Positions 18,210 to 28,571 are shown, counted from the stretch's first letter. The stretch: 64,000 nt of DNA from Candidatus Omnitrophota bacterium (GCA_016934335.1 JAFGTC010000316.1:5488-69487), one strand, 5' to 3'. Made by a program: numbers and translations. Notes: generated from the sequence alone by a model not told the origin.

Positions 18210-18646
18210 CCTATCCTTGTTTTTCCCTTGTAGATTCGATAGACATATATCCTACTCATCCCAGCCGTTTTTGTATAGATGCGGCGATCAGGCCCCGGGA
18301 AGTTTATCATGAGAGAAAATGCATGCAAAACATGCGTTATTTTATGAAGATGGATTCGTTATCAAAACTTGATAGACTGTGAGAAATGAACTGTTTTCCC
18401 AAATCATTTTGGAACATATAACGGCAGAAATAAGAGAAATTCGAGTCGGCGCCGTCCTGCAGACGATTTCGCCCTTCCGAAGAGCATGATTTATGTTTAC
18501 TTTATTTTCCGGGCGGCGGCTTGACGCGCTGTTGATGCAGGACAATCCGCCGGCGCTTCTCGAATTACACAAAAAAATCTAGACGAATTCTCAAAAAACA
18601 AAGATTCTTCGATTCAATTGAAATAGATATTCCAGGAGAGATAACT

Positions 18647-20305
18647 ATGGTTGTTTTCAAAAGTCGACATTCATGGAAAATGTATGGAGCGGCGGCCGCA
18701 TTGATCGTTATACTCGGCGTCATTTTGGGCCCCAATATCCGCTTGCAATGGAATTACCGACTTGTACACAGTCAATCTCAGGCTCAACTGCTTCGAGAAG
18801 GCAGGGCTTTGCTGCCTCACCTGGAGGATTCAACAAACGCCGCCCTGCATTTTTCCTATCAGGATTTAATGAAAAAATCGGGAAGGGTTCGGGAAGCCCA
18901 ACGCCAATACAAAAAGTGGTTGACCGACCGGCCGGATGAAGCCGCTTTAGCAGCTTTTTATAGCCGTTTGATCCAAAATCCCATTCAAAAAGAAGATTGG
19001 CTTGAAAAAGCGATTTCGATAAATCCACAAAACGAAGCGGTTTTGCTGGTTCAAGCGGAGCAATGGTTGAATTCGGGAAAAACCGCCGCCGCCCAAAAGG
19101 CTCTATCCGGCGTCGAATCCAATCAATGGCCGCGCTGGCTTTTGGAAGCGCGCATCGCCGCCCGGAAAGGCGACGTTCAACAAGCCAAAACCGCCTATCA
19201 AAAAGCGCTGGACGACGCCATCGCCCCTCTTTCCGCGGCGATCGATTATGCTCGTTTTCTAACGTCTTCGACCGATCTCGGCCAAGGAGCGATTCCCAAT
19301 CCTTTTGCGCGATGGAGCGAAAAGGAATTATTGGTAGAGCCCGAAGCATTCGCCTATTACGCCTGGCTTTCTCAAAAGCCGTTTCAGGAAACAACGGAGA
19401 ATCTTCCTCGAGAGATATTCTATGATCCGGAGGCGTTAGGCGTTCTCTGCCGGCCGGTCCTGCTTTCCATGGCTCGATTGGATCAATCCAAGCCGTTGGC
19501 CGCGCAGCGAAAAGCGCCCATTGATGAATCCCAGTTGGAAACGGTGCGCAAACTGATGCGCCGGGCTTCGCGAATCGATCCTTACAATCCATCGGTTCTG
19601 ATCAACAAAGGCTTGCTCGCCCTATCGAAAGACGATGTCTCTTCAAACGACATTCGAAAAGCCGATCAATTCTTTTCAACCGGACTGCGAGGATTCAAAT
19701 CGTACGCCACCAAACAGTTTCACATCAAAATGGGAGCAGAATTGGCCCAAATCAAGAAGTACCAACTCGCCGCCGCCCACTATAAAAAAGCCTGGGGAGA
19801 CGTTCCCGAAGACGGAATATTCTTGAAAATGCTGGCGGAGATTCGAGCCGGCGAGGAGAATTATGAAGAAGCCTTGGCCATGCTGGAAAAAGTTCGAGAA
19901 CTGACGCCCCGCGACAAGGAAGTCCACCGTAGAACGGCGGAATTATATCTGGAAATCAACGAACTCGATAAAGCGCGCAAAGCATACGGCGAAGTGATCG
20001 TCATCGACGAGCAGGATAAGGAAGCCCGCGCCATGATTTCGGATATCTGGATGAAGAAAAACGATCCCGCTCGAGCGCTCCAAGTTTACCAGGCGCTGCT
20101 TCGCCGCGACCCTGAAAACGGACACTGCCACGCTCAAGTGGCTCGCATTCTTCTGAAAGTCGGGCGAATCGCAAGAGCCGATTCTTACTTAAAGCAGGTT
20201 CAGAAAGAACATCCCAATGCGCGAGATATGGACGACGTCTTGAGCGCCGTCAACGAAGTGGAACTCGCGAAGAAGAAATCATCTACGGACAATTCACCCA
20301 ACTAA
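18647..20305 (+). CDS. TPR-repeat protein with N-terminal membrane anchor
   Basis: 552 aa. TM segment AAAALIVILGVILG. Repeated TPR-like helices with Ala/Leu/Tyr/Lys periodicity. Confidence 0.7.
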   Translation: MVVFKSRHSWKMYGAAAALIVILGVILGPNIRLQWNYRLVHSQSQAQLLREGRALLPHLEDSTNAALHFSYQDLMKKSGRVREAQRQYKKWLTDRPDEAALAAFYSRLIQNPIQKEDWLEKAISINPQNEAVLLVQAEQWLNSGKTAAAQKALSGVESNQWPRWLLEARIAARKGDVQQAKTAYQKALDDAIAPLSAAIDYARFLTSSTDLGQGAIPNPFARWSEKELLVEPEAFAYYAWLSQKPFQETTENLPREIFYDPEALGVLCRPVLLSMARLDQSKPLAAQRKAPIDESQLETVRKLMRRASRIDPYNPSVLINKGLLALSKDDVSSNDIRKADQFFSTGLRGFKSYATKQFHIKMGAELAQIKKYQLAAAHYKKAWGDVPEDGIFLKMLAEIRAGEENYEEALAMLEKVRELTPRDKEVHRRTAELYLEINELDKARKAYGEVIVIDEQDKEARAMISDIWMKKNDPARALQVYQALLRRDPENGHCHAQVARILLKVGRIARADSYLKQVQKEHPNARDMDDVLSAVNEVELAKKKSSTDNSPN

Positions 20306-20969
20306 ACCGCCGGTTCAACTCCCGTTGAAATCGTATCACTACATCCTGACAGGGCAGCGAACCGTCGAGAACGCAGTCGGCGGCGCTTTTCGACGGTTCG
20401 ATGAATTCTTGATGCATAGGGCGAACGATGCGCTCGTATTGGATGCGAATGTCGCGCGCAGTTCGCCCCCGCTCCACTTGATCCCGCTTGAAGCGCCGCT
20501 CAAAACGGACGGCGTCCGGCGCATCTAAAAATACCGACCAATTTATTCGGCGGCGAATCTCCGGGCTCGTCAATATCAAAGTTCCCTCGATGAAAAGGAT
20601 CTCCCCCGGCGAGATTGTCTGACGGCCCTTACGCACATGATTCTGAAAATCATAAACCGGCGCAACGACGGAATATCCGCCGGCCAAGGCATTGATATGC
20701 TGAGACATGAGAGAGAAATCCAACGAATCGGGATGATCGAAATTGACTTTCGACCGCTCTGCCGGCGAGAGATGAGAAAGATCGCGATAATACAAATCCT
20801 GGGATAGAATTGCAGAAGAGGCGGCGATTGCCGCGCGCAAGGCGTTAACGACAGTTGATTTGCCGCTTCCGCTGCCGCCGGCGACGCCGATTACGGGGCA
20901 AAGACGGGTGAATCGCTCTTTGCGTAAAATAGGAAATTGCGGCGAAGCGCCTGGATTATCGCCGGACAT
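20283..20969 (-). CDS. udk: Uridine kinase
   Basis: P-loop VIGVAGGSGSGKSTV. Udk-type segments DLYYRD and FDHPDSLDF. Its 3' end overlaps the convergent TPR gene by 23 bp. Confidence 0.8.
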   Translation of the reverse strand: MSGDNPGASPQFPILRKERFTRLCPVIGVAGGSGSGKSTVVNALRAAIAASSAILSQDLYYRDLSHLSPAERSKVNFDHPDSLDFSLMSQHINALAGGYSVVAPVYDFQNHVRKGRQTISPGEILFIEGTLILTSPEIRRRINWSVFLDAPDAVRFERRFKRDQVERGRTARDIRIQYERIVRPMHQEFIEPSKSAADCVLDGSLPCQDVVIRFQRELNRRFSWVNCP

Positions 20970-21441
20970 GTGAAAAATATTTCACAAGCTGCAATCGATT
21001 GCCGGTTTGCGGATCGTGGACGTAATCAACTACATCCATAAATGTTTTAATAATCTGAAGGCCGTAGCCTCGTTTTCGAGTGCGATCGCTGAAATCGTGA
21101 AGAGGGGAAGCTTTTTTCAAAGCCTGCGAGAAATCGCGCCCGCAATCTATGATAACGATATGAATGGCGTCCTGCTTGATGATTAATTCAATGCGAACAC
21201 AGGAATCCCCGTGTTCTCCATCTCGTTTATTCATTCCTTCAATGGAGTTGGCGCAAGCCTCATCGACGCACATTTCCAATTGAAGCGCTTCTTCGCTGGA
21301 GAATCGCAAATCGTACGCCAATGAGCCGATGAAATGACGCACGAGCGACAGGTTGCGTGCATTGGGGGCGATTTCAATCGCAATATCGGGAGCAGAGCAG
21401 CCTTGCGACATATTCAAACTGCCTTTTCGACAGAAGATCAA
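20956..21441 (-). CDS. Anti-sigma regulatory factor, serine kinase (RsbW/SpoIIAB-like HATPase)
   Basis: 161 aa. HATPase_c features EACANSIEG...IIDCG...RGYGLQIIKTFMD. Adjacent to a STAS antagonist gene. Confidence 0.7.
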   Translation of the reverse strand: MIFCRKGSLNMSQGCSAPDIAIEIAPNARNLSLVRHFIGSLAYDLRFSSEEALQLEMCVDEACANSIEGMNKRDGEHGDSCVRIELIIKQDAIHIVIIDCGRDFSQALKKASPLHDFSDRTRKRGYGLQIIKTFMDVVDYVHDPQTGNRLQLVKYFSHVRR

Positions 21442-21486
21442 TCATCCGCCAATCGCGCGATAAGAAACGCCTATGCAATCCGGCTG

Positions 21487-21900
21487 TCAGTAGTCGTCTT
21501 CCGGTCGAGGCGATTCTGGCGCCGTCGCCTGTAGGTTTTTATCTTTTACAAAAGCGAGTTTGGCTTCCTCCGGGTCGGCATAGATGCGAATCAACCGGGA
21601 GAACCCCAACATGTCGAAGAGATTCCGAACTTTGGAGGACATATTGGCTAATTTCAAGTCGCCGCCGTTTTGCCGCACTTCTTTCAGCATCCCCATCAAC
21701 ACGCCCAAACCCGCGCTGCTGATGTAGTTCAGCTGGCCAAACTCCACGATGATATAAAATTGCTTATCATCGATCAGCGTTTGCAAAGCATCCTGTAGTT
21801 TATCGAACGTGCTGGAATCGAGATAGCCTTCCACCATAACGATCTGGACGACCATCCCATTGACGGATTCTTCTGAAACTTTGTATTCAAATTTCTTCAA
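21487..21900 (-). CDS. STAS-domain anti-sigma factor antagonist (SpoIIAA/RsbV-like)
   Basis: 137 aa. Segments FYIIVEFGQLNYISSAGLGVLMG and KLANMSSKVRNLFDMLGF, with the conserved phosphorylatable Ser context. Confidence 0.8.
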   Translation of the reverse strand: MKKFEYKVSEESVNGMVVQIVMVEGYLDSSTFDKLQDALQTLIDDKQFYIIVEFGQLNYISSAGLGVLMGMLKEVRQNGGDLKLANMSSKVRNLFDMLGFSRLIRIYADPEEAKLAFVKDKNLQATAPESPRPEDDY

Positions 21901-22020
21901 GATGCAGACCTCCTTCCCATCCCGGAAGGGAACTTACGGCAACTTGAATGCTATTTCAACCCTAAGTGTACGCGTATTTGCGCAGGAAGCAATACTATTT
22001 TCGATTTTCTCGCAGCGCGG

Positions 22021-22896
22021 TCATTGAAAATCCCGGCCGTATACGGCGCCGGGGCGAAGGGCGTTTTCATCGCCGGCATAAACCGCATATTCAAATCCCT
22101 CCTGCAGGGCCGCTCCTCCGAATCGCCCTTCCCGATTCAGAGCGATAAACGCCAATTGAAAATCGATGCGGCCGCGATGGCGGTTGACGACGCGGCGCAG
22201 CAGCTCTTCGCAGGCGTTCTGGGGCGACATCCCATTCCGCATAAATTCCACAATGGCGAACGAAGCGCACACTTCGATCGCTCGTTCGCCCACGCCGGTG
22301 CCGACCGCCCCGCCGATCTTTCCATCCAAATAAAGCCCCGCCCCGATAATAGGAGAATCGCCGACTCGTCCGGCCCATTTCATAGCCAGGCCGCTGGTTG
22401 TACAAGCCGTCGCCAATTCGCCTTCCTCATCGCGAGCCAACACGCCGATTGTGTCATGCCCCTGGTCGGCGGAGCGTTTTTTCAACTGCTCCGCATACCA
22501 TTGCGCGCTTTGGGGCGTATTCAAATTTTCCAGTTGGAATCCCTCCTTGAGAGCAAAGTTTTGCGCGCCTTCGCCGACAAGGTAGATATGCTTATTTTTT
22601 TCCAACACTTTGCGGGCGACCGCGCAGGGATTGCGAATCCCTTCCAAGGCGGCGACCGATCCCATGCGTCCGGTTTTCCCGTCGATGACGGCGGCGTCGA
22701 GTTGAATCACGCCGTCTTCATTGGGATATCCTCCATAACCGACGCTGGTTATAGACGGATCGTTTTCGGTGACCGACGCGGCGGCTTCGACCGCATCCAA
22801 GGCCGCTCCGCCTTCCTTCAAAACAGACCACCCCGCCTGATTGGCTTGGAGTCCAAAATTCCACGTAGAAAGAATGATGGGATTTTGTTTCGCCAT
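22021..22896 (-). CDS. Isoaspartyl peptidase / L-asparaginase (Ntn-hydrolase, asparaginase 2 family)
   Basis: Motifs SVGYGGYPNEDGVIQLDAAVIDGKTGRMGSVAA and an autoproteolytic GT-containing region. The long antisense ORF 22024..22938 is a GC shadow. Confidence 0.8.
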   Translation of the reverse strand: MAKQNPIILSTWNFGLQANQAGWSVLKEGGAALDAVEAAASVTENDPSITSVGYGGYPNEDGVIQLDAAVIDGKTGRMGSVAALEGIRNPCAVARKVLEKNKHIYLVGEGAQNFALKEGFQLENLNTPQSAQWYAEQLKKRSADQGHDTIGVLARDEEGELATACTTSGLAMKWAGRVGDSPIIGAGLYLDGKIGGAVGTGVGERAIEVCASFAIVEFMRNGMSPQNACEELLRRVVNRHRGRIDFQLAFIALNREGRFGGAALQEGFEYAVYAGDENALRPGAVYGRDFQ

Positions 22897-23075
22897 AACC
22901 GGATTTTCTCTCCTTGCCTATGTTCCTCTCCTGATTAGTCAACTGATTTTGGCGCAAGTGCGCGAAAATTTCCACGGGAGTGGATTTTTTAAAATACGAC
23001 GATTCCGCATTGCCTCTCGCTTAACATCATGGCAAGATAGAATAACACAAAACGGATATCGCAGGTGTGTTTTTT

Positions 23076-23342
23076 ATGAGTTCTCTTTTTTTCTTCATCG
23101 CCAGGCTTATTCAAATTTACGAAATCGTGATTGTCATTCGAATTGTCATTTCGTGGATTCAGATGGATCCCTATAATTCTCTCGTACAATTTATCGCGCG
23201 AATCACCGATCCCTTGCTGGATGCCGTTCGGCGGTCTTTTCCGTTTCTTGTAGGCGGGGGGATCGATTTCAGCCCCATTTTGGTGTTTTTTCTACTGGAC
23301 GCCACGCAGCGCGTTATTATTCGAATCGGAATGTATGTTTGA
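23076..23342 (+). CDS. YggT family membrane protein
   Basis: 88 aa. Two hydrophobic segments with the YggT-like pattern IVISWIQ...PLLDAVRRSFP...GGIDFSPILVFFLL. Confidence 0.7.
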   Translation: MSSLFFFIARLIQIYEIVIVIRIVISWIQMDPYNSLVQFIARITDPLLDAVRRSFPFLVGGGIDFSPILVFFLLDATQRVIIRIGMYV

Positions 23343-23405
23343 TGATACTCAAATAAATAAAGAGCATTGTTAATTTATTTGAAATGGTGATAGGAGACAA
23401 TTCCC

Positions 23406-24302
23406 ATGAAAAAAGTTTTTCTCTTGGTATTTTCCATTTTCTTGACGGCGGCGTTCTTCGCCGACGCGGCGACGGCAGACGATCCGGCGATCCGCATCAT
23501 GACCTACAACATCCGCATGAACACCCCCAGCGACGGCATCAACGCCTGGCCCAACCGCAAAGATCATGTTGCAGAAATGATCCGCGATAAATATCAGGTG
23601 GACATTGTGGGCGTTCAGGAAGCGTTGATCGAACAGGTTCACGATCTGGAAGCCCGTCTCACCGATTATATGCGAATCGGCGTGGGGCGTGATAACGGCT
23701 GGGATCAGGGCGAACACATGGCTATTTTTTTCCGGAAAGACCGGTTTGAACTGTTGCAGCAAAACACCTTCTGGCTTTCGGAAACGCCGGAAATCCCCGG
23801 CGTGACGTCCTGGGAATCAGCCTGCAACCGGATTGTGACCTGGGGCAAATTCAAAGATCGAACATCCGGCCGGGAATTTTATCATTTCAACACCCATTTC
23901 GATCACCGCAGCCAAAAAGCGCGGGTGGAAAGCGCCAAATTGATATGGCGCCGGATCCAAGCAATGACAAACGGCCTTCCTGTAGTTTTAACCGGCGATT
24001 TCAATATCCAGGAGACCAACGAAGCCTACGCTATATTGACAGGGAAAGAGCCGGCAGACGGCGACGACCGTTCCGACCTGAAAGACGCCCGGTACATCAC
24101 CAAAATCCCGCATCAGGGGCCGACAAGCACCTTTACGCGCAATCAATGGACCGAAACCGGCGCTCCGGAGACCAAAATTGATTTTATTTTTGTGCGCAAC
24201 GGATTCCAGGTGCTCAGCCATCAAGTTCCCAACGATAAATACGACGGGCGCTATCCCTCCGACCACCTTCCGGTCGTCGCGGATTTGGCGTTTCCTGAAT
24301 AA
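23406..24302 (+). CDS. Secreted endonuclease/exonuclease/phosphatase (EEP) family protein
   Basis: Signal peptide. EEP motifs IMTYNIRM, DIVGVQE, VLTGDFN and SDHLPVVADL. Confidence 0.75.
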   Translation: MKKVFLLVFSIFLTAAFFADAATADDPAIRIMTYNIRMNTPSDGINAWPNRKDHVAEMIRDKYQVDIVGVQEALIEQVHDLEARLTDYMRIGVGRDNGWDQGEHMAIFFRKDRFELLQQNTFWLSETPEIPGVTSWESACNRIVTWGKFKDRTSGREFYHFNTHFDHRSQKARVESAKLIWRRIQAMTNGLPVVLTGDFNIQETNEAYAILTGKEPADGDDRSDLKDARYITKIPHQGPTSTFTRNQWTETGAPETKIDFIFVRNGFQVLSHQVPNDKYDGRYPSDHLPVVADLAFPE

Positions 24303-24459
24303 TGTTTCCTGAATAACATAGTTAACAAATAAGAGCCGGCGCTTTTGTCTTGAACGATAACCTTATTAAAAAAGAAAAAAGCGTCGGCTTGGTAAATTTG
24401 CTTGAATGACAAGGGGGGAGATTTGAATGGCGCGGGGAGAGAGAAATCTACGGTTTTTT

Positions 24460-24879
24460 CTATTCCCGGGGAAATTCTTTTTCAAAAGCGCGAGCGCTTT
24501 CTTCCGTCTCCCCGAACGAAGCGTGTTCGGAAAGAACGATCAGTTCGGGCTGCACGTCAAGCGTGCCGATAAAACGACCGCCTTTGTTGATTTCCAATTT
24601 TTTGCGTGCGACGAGCGAAAGGTTGGCGCGGCCGTCAACGGTTAAATTATAGGTTTCAACCTTTCCTTCAAGACGGCCCAAGGGCAGCACTTTGACGGTG
24701 CTGTGCGAATGAATCGCGCCTTTGAAAGCCCCTCCAATTTCAATGCCGTGCTTTAACGTCAACTCGCCCTCCATGATCACGTCGGGCGCTGCAAAAGAGC
24801 GGATCTGATTGGGCTCGTCTTCGAGCGTCTCGCTGCTTGCGGATTCGATGTCGTCTTCGGTAAATATATAATCAGCCAT
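24460..24879 (-). CDS. Bactofilin (polymer-forming cytoskeletal protein)
   Basis: 139 aa with a beta-helical bactofilin core: IEGELTLKHGIEIGGAFKGAIHSHSTVKVLPLGRLEGKVETYNLTVDGRANLSL. Confidence 0.75.
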   Translation of the reverse strand: MADYIFTEDDIESASSETLEDEPNQIRSFAAPDVIMEGELTLKHGIEIGGAFKGAIHSHSTVKVLPLGRLEGKVETYNLTVDGRANLSLVARKKLEINKGGRFIGTLDVQPELIVLSEHASFGETEESARAFEKEFPRE

Positions 24880-25052
24880 TTCATTTCCAGTATCAGTAAG
24901 ATATCTTTATTGTATAATAATCACGACGGATGAATGGAAAGTCAATGGAAATAAAGCCTTCCGCGTTTGTTTGGAAGGAATTTTCACTCGATTCCTCCCT
25001 GACTCGAACGATTTTCCGCCATCGATAGCCGGAGAAAAGCAGACTTGAAATC

Positions 25053-26480
25053 ATGATGGATGCGCCAGCTAATCAAGCGACCTTATTGATCGTGGATGAC
25101 GAAGAAGAAATCCATTATTCGTTGAAGCGATATATCACTTCGCATCTTCCTTGTACGATTCTCAAAGCGACATCCGGCGAAGAAGCTCTTTCTATGCTGC
25201 AAATCGAGATCCCCGACTTGATCATCATGGACATCAAGATGGGCGGCATGGACGGCCTGACGACTCTGAAAGAAATCAATAAGCGTTCGCTCAAAGTGCC
25301 GGTGATCATCATGACGGCCTACTCCACGACCGCTTCGGCGATCGAAGCGACGCGATTGGGCGCTTATGATTATGTTTTGAAGCCTTTCGATCCCCCCAGC
25401 ATGATGTCGATTATTCAGAATGCGCTCTCCATGCGCCGGTTGATGCAAAAATCGGTGGTCTGGGGCGTGGAAGAGGATCAGTGGGGAACGGACGATGTTC
25501 TCATCGGCTCCTCCGCCGCCATGCAGGATGTGTACAAATTCATCGGCCGCGTGGCGGACAGCAGCGCCCTGGTGTTGATCACCGGCGAAAGCGGCACCGG
25601 CAAAGAGCTGGTCGCTCGCGCCATCTACGGACACAGCCCGCGCAGCAAAAACATTTTTCTGCCCGTCAATTGCGCCGCCATTCCCGAGAACCTGTTGGAA
25701 AGCGAGTTGTTCGGTCACGAGAAAGGCGCTTTCACCGGCGCGCATGAGCGGCGCATCGGGAAATTCGAACAGGCCGACAAAGGGACGATTTTTCTCGATG
25801 AAATCGGCGAGATGAGCATGCTCACCCAAGGCAAACTGCTGCGCGTGCTGCAGGATAAATCCTTTCAACGAGTCGGAGGGAAAGACTTCATCTATACGGA
25901 TGCGCGCATCATCGCGGCGACCAACCGCAATTTAGCGGAGAGAGTCAAAAACACTCAATTTCGCGAAGACTTATATTACCGGCTGCAGGTCATGACCATT
26001 CATCTGCCTCCGCTTCGCGAGCGGCGCAGCGACATTCCCTTGCTCGCTCGCTATTTCGCCTGGCGGGAGGGGCATCGCTCCCTCTCGCTGTCCAAAGAAG
26101 CGGAAGAGTTTCTTCTGCATTACAACTGGCCGGGGAATATTCGCGAATTGGAAAACGCCATTCAACGCGCCTTTATTCTTTCTCGAGGAAATATCATTAC
26201 CGTCGATCATTTGAAAACGAGCGCCCCTCCCCCTTCACTTCCTCGCGAACAGGCCGAACCGGCAGCTGAAGCGCCTCGCGTCGAGGGGATCGAGCAGGCG
26301 CTCGATCAATTATGGCGGCAGATCATTGAGCAACAGCAGGACAAACCGCTTAAATTATACCAATGGCTTGAAATCGAATTGGCGCGCCGCGCGATGGAGC
26401 ATACCGGCGGCAATCAGGTGCAAGCCGCCAAACTTTTAGGAATCTCACGAAATACGCTTCGACAGCGATTGGGATTGTAA
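25053..26480 (+). CDS. Sigma-54-dependent response regulator (NtrC family: receiver + AAA+ sigma-54 activator + HTH)
   Basis: Receiver LLIVDDEEEI...DLIIMDIKMGGMDG. Walker A GESGTGKE. GAFTGA loop. ESELFGHEKGAFTGA. C-terminal HTH VQAAKLLGISRNTLRQRL. Confidence 0.9.
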   Translation: MMDAPANQATLLIVDDEEEIHYSLKRYITSHLPCTILKATSGEEALSMLQIEIPDLIIMDIKMGGMDGLTTLKEINKRSLKVPVIIMTAYSTTASAIEATRLGAYDYVLKPFDPPSMMSIIQNALSMRRLMQKSVVWGVEEDQWGTDDVLIGSSAAMQDVYKFIGRVADSSALVLITGESGTGKELVARAIYGHSPRSKNIFLPVNCAAIPENLLESELFGHEKGAFTGAHERRIGKFEQADKGTIFLDEIGEMSMLTQGKLLRVLQDKSFQRVGGKDFIYTDARIIAATNRNLAERVKNTQFREDLYYRLQVMTIHLPPLRERRSDIPLLARYFAWREGHRSLSLSKEAEEFLLHYNWPGNIRELENAIQRAFILSRGNIITVDHLKTSAPPPSLPREQAEPAAEAPRVEGIEQALDQLWRQIIEQQQDKPLKLYQWLEIELARRAMEHTGGNQVQAAKLLGISRNTLRQRLGL

Positions 26481-26486
26481 ATCACC

Positions 26487-26822
26487 ATGCCGAATCCATT
26501 CCGTTTTTCTCGTTTTCTCGATCTGGCAAACCGCTTCCCGCCTGCAAAAATCTTTGCGTTTCTGATTCATCTGCCTAATTTCATCCGGTTGTTTTCCCGG
26601 CTTCTCGCCGATCCGCGCGTCCCTTTTCATCTGAAATTTTTCTGTTATTTCGCCTTGTTTTATTTCATCTTCCCCATTGATCTGCTCAAAGACCTGCCTT
26701 TTTTCCAAATCGGCTATATTGACGACATCATTATCTTGATCTTCGCCTTTCGAAAACTGATCAAAGAATCGCCGCCCGAGATCGTCCAGGAGCATGTGGA
26801 CGCAATCAGCCAGGGGAAATAA
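26487..26822 (+). CDS. DUF1232 (YkvA-like) small membrane protein
   Basis: 111 aa. Segment PIDLLKDLPFFQIGYIDDIIIL matches the DUF1232 core. It starts 7 bp after the regulator stop. Confidence 0.6.
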   Translation: MPNPFRFSRFLDLANRFPPAKIFAFLIHLPNFIRLFSRLLADPRVPFHLKFFCYFALFYFIFPIDLLKDLPFFQIGYIDDIIILIFAFRKLIKESPPEIVQEHVDAISQGK

Positions 26823-26828
26823 TCAAAA

Positions 26829-28571
26829 TCACGCCGGATTATACTGGTAGATCCGCACTTTAATATTCGATCGAGAAAACTCCCGCTCAAACATCAATTG
26901 ATAATTGGGAATTTTAGGGATCAACTTGATATATTCCTCCACGCCGGCGAAGACCGTCGGGTAGACGCCGATCGTCCAGGGAGCAGTAGATTCGATGACG
27001 ACGATTTTGTTGGATCGGTTGATATACAATTCATATTCCAATCTGCGAAGCCTCTCCTCTTCCGAAAGCGCCAAGACGTCGTCTTTGGATTGAAAAAGAA
27101 AAATGTGATTCCAATGCGTAACATTTTTCCGCACGTCGCGCTGCAAGACGTCTAATCCGGTGATGAAGTAAAACGTGGCCGCCGGGGGGCTGGCCTGATC
27201 GTGGGTGATCAACAGCGCCGCCCGATCCTTCTCATACAATCGATCCAAAACCGTCGCGACGGGCGCCCTGTAGACATTCTGCTGCGGAAGCTGCTCGCGG
27301 CGATAGATATCGCACTGAAACGCTATGGCGGGCGCCAAAATCAATAGCGTCAAACTCACGAGCACGGCGGATTTGAATGGATGCATTCTCGGATTTCTAC
27401 TTCCCCAATGCAAAAAAAGATGAGAAGAGAGCGTTCGCGCCGCCTCCCCGGTTATCATAAAAAACAGCCCCATGGTGATGAATTGAAATCGCTCCATTTT
27501 CATCGGGTGAATTGCAACGGCGACGAAATGGACGATGCAGCAGGCGACCACCGGATTATGCAGGGAAATGCGTTTGCTTAAGGGAGAAGCGATGAACACC
27601 AGCGCCAGGCATAGAACGCTGATCCAAGGCATCGTAAAAAATGCGCGAGGAATAACCTGCGGATAATAAAAAAGCGTGGAAAAATTCCAAGGCTGATGCG
27701 CGGAAGGATTGTTCACGGCAAAATAGACCAGATTATCCCATTTGTTCTGAAAATCAGGGATAAACCATACAACGAGAACGAGGATGGGAATCCCAAACAA
27801 CAGAATATTGTTTTTGTTCGCCATCTTGCGGAGCGAGACGCCCGCCTGAAAATAACGGGATATCAACAAACCGGCATAGGTCAAGAAAGCATAGTTGTAC
27901 TTGTATAAAAAAAACAAAGCCAATCCAAAACCGCTCCAGCCCCATCGTTTCTTATCGGCTTCGTTGGAGGACGGCAGCGTGACGAGGATCAGCAGCGTTA
28001 TGAAGAAGCCGATTCCTTCGCTCATGATTCCCACAGCCTGTTGAACCACTATGGGAGACGTCGTGAATAAACACCAGGCGGCCGCGGCCCCGAGACACGA
28101 AGGCCAATCCTGACGCCGAGCAAACCAATAAACCATGAGCGCCCCCGATCCCCAAAAGGCCGCCACGGAAAGAAGGCGGGCCGTCGCCAGCGAGGGGCCC
28201 AATCCAACAAACGCCAATCCCGTGATGAGAGAATGCAGCGGCGGCCAGACCATCTGGGCATTGACATGCTTCCATAAATGGTAGAGATCGAAATGGCGGA
28301 TGTCGTACCAGATATGAGAGGCCCAGGCGCATCGTTCAAAGCCGTCCCAGCAAGGCGTACCGCCATGGCGCACGGAATAGATATACAGCCAGAAGGACAG
28401 CGCCAGCGTCCAAAGCATCAAAAAAACGGCGATGATTCGCATGATGCCGATGGCCGTCTCTTGAGCGAGTTCATTAGGAGAGATAGAGGATTTTCCCGAG
28501 TTGCGCTTTTTCATACGGCGGTCGTGATTCTTTCTTCCTTGCCGGATAAAAGATGGAACATTCTCCGGCAT
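26829..28571 (-). CDS. Polytopic membrane glycosyltransferase, GT-C fold (ArnT/PMT, GT39/GT83-like)
   Basis: 580 aa. About 11 N-terminal TM helices followed by a soluble C-terminal domain. The overall ArnT/PMT-like architecture is suggestive, not proven. Confidence 0.5.
   Translation of the reverse strand: MPENVPSFIRQGRKNHDRRMKKRNSGKSSISPNELAQETAIGIMRIIAVFLMLWTLALSFWLYIYSVRHGGTPCWDGFERCAWASHIWYDIRHFDLYHLWKHVNAQMVWPPLHSLITGLAFVGLGPSLATARLLSVAAFWGSGALMVYWFARRQDWPSCLGAAAAWCLFTTSPIVVQQAVGIMSEGIGFFITLLILVTLPSSNEADKKRWGWSGFGLALFFLYKYNYAFLTYAGLLISRYFQAGVSLRKMANKNNILLFGIPILVLVVWFIPDFQNKWDNLVYFAVNNPSAHQPWNFSTLFYYPQVIPRAFFTMPWISVLCLALVFIASPLSKRISLHNPVVACCIVHFVAVAIHPMKMERFQFITMGLFFMITGEAARTLSSHLFLHWGSRNPRMHPFKSAVLVSLTLLILAPAIAFQCDIYRREQLPQQNVYRAPVATVLDRLYEKDRAALLITHDQASPPAATFYFITGLDVLQRDVRKNVTHWNHIFLFQSKDDVLALSEEERLRRLEYELYINRSNKIVVIESTAPWTIGVYPTVFAGVEEYIKLIPKIPNYQLMFEREFSRSNIKVRIYQYNPA

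Noticed and set aside
22024-22938. 304-aa antisense ORF opposite the asparaginase gene
   Set aside because: Arg-rich junk composition. The minus-strand frame carries clear Ntn asparaginase motifs.
24880-25052. Candidate RpoN (-24/-12) promoters in the intergenic regions near the NtrC-type regulator and upstream of the large secreted genes, for example TGGCCTGTTTTTTCC near 36100
   Set aside because: None has both the GG at -24 and the GC at -12 with correct spacing. These are not callable by eye.
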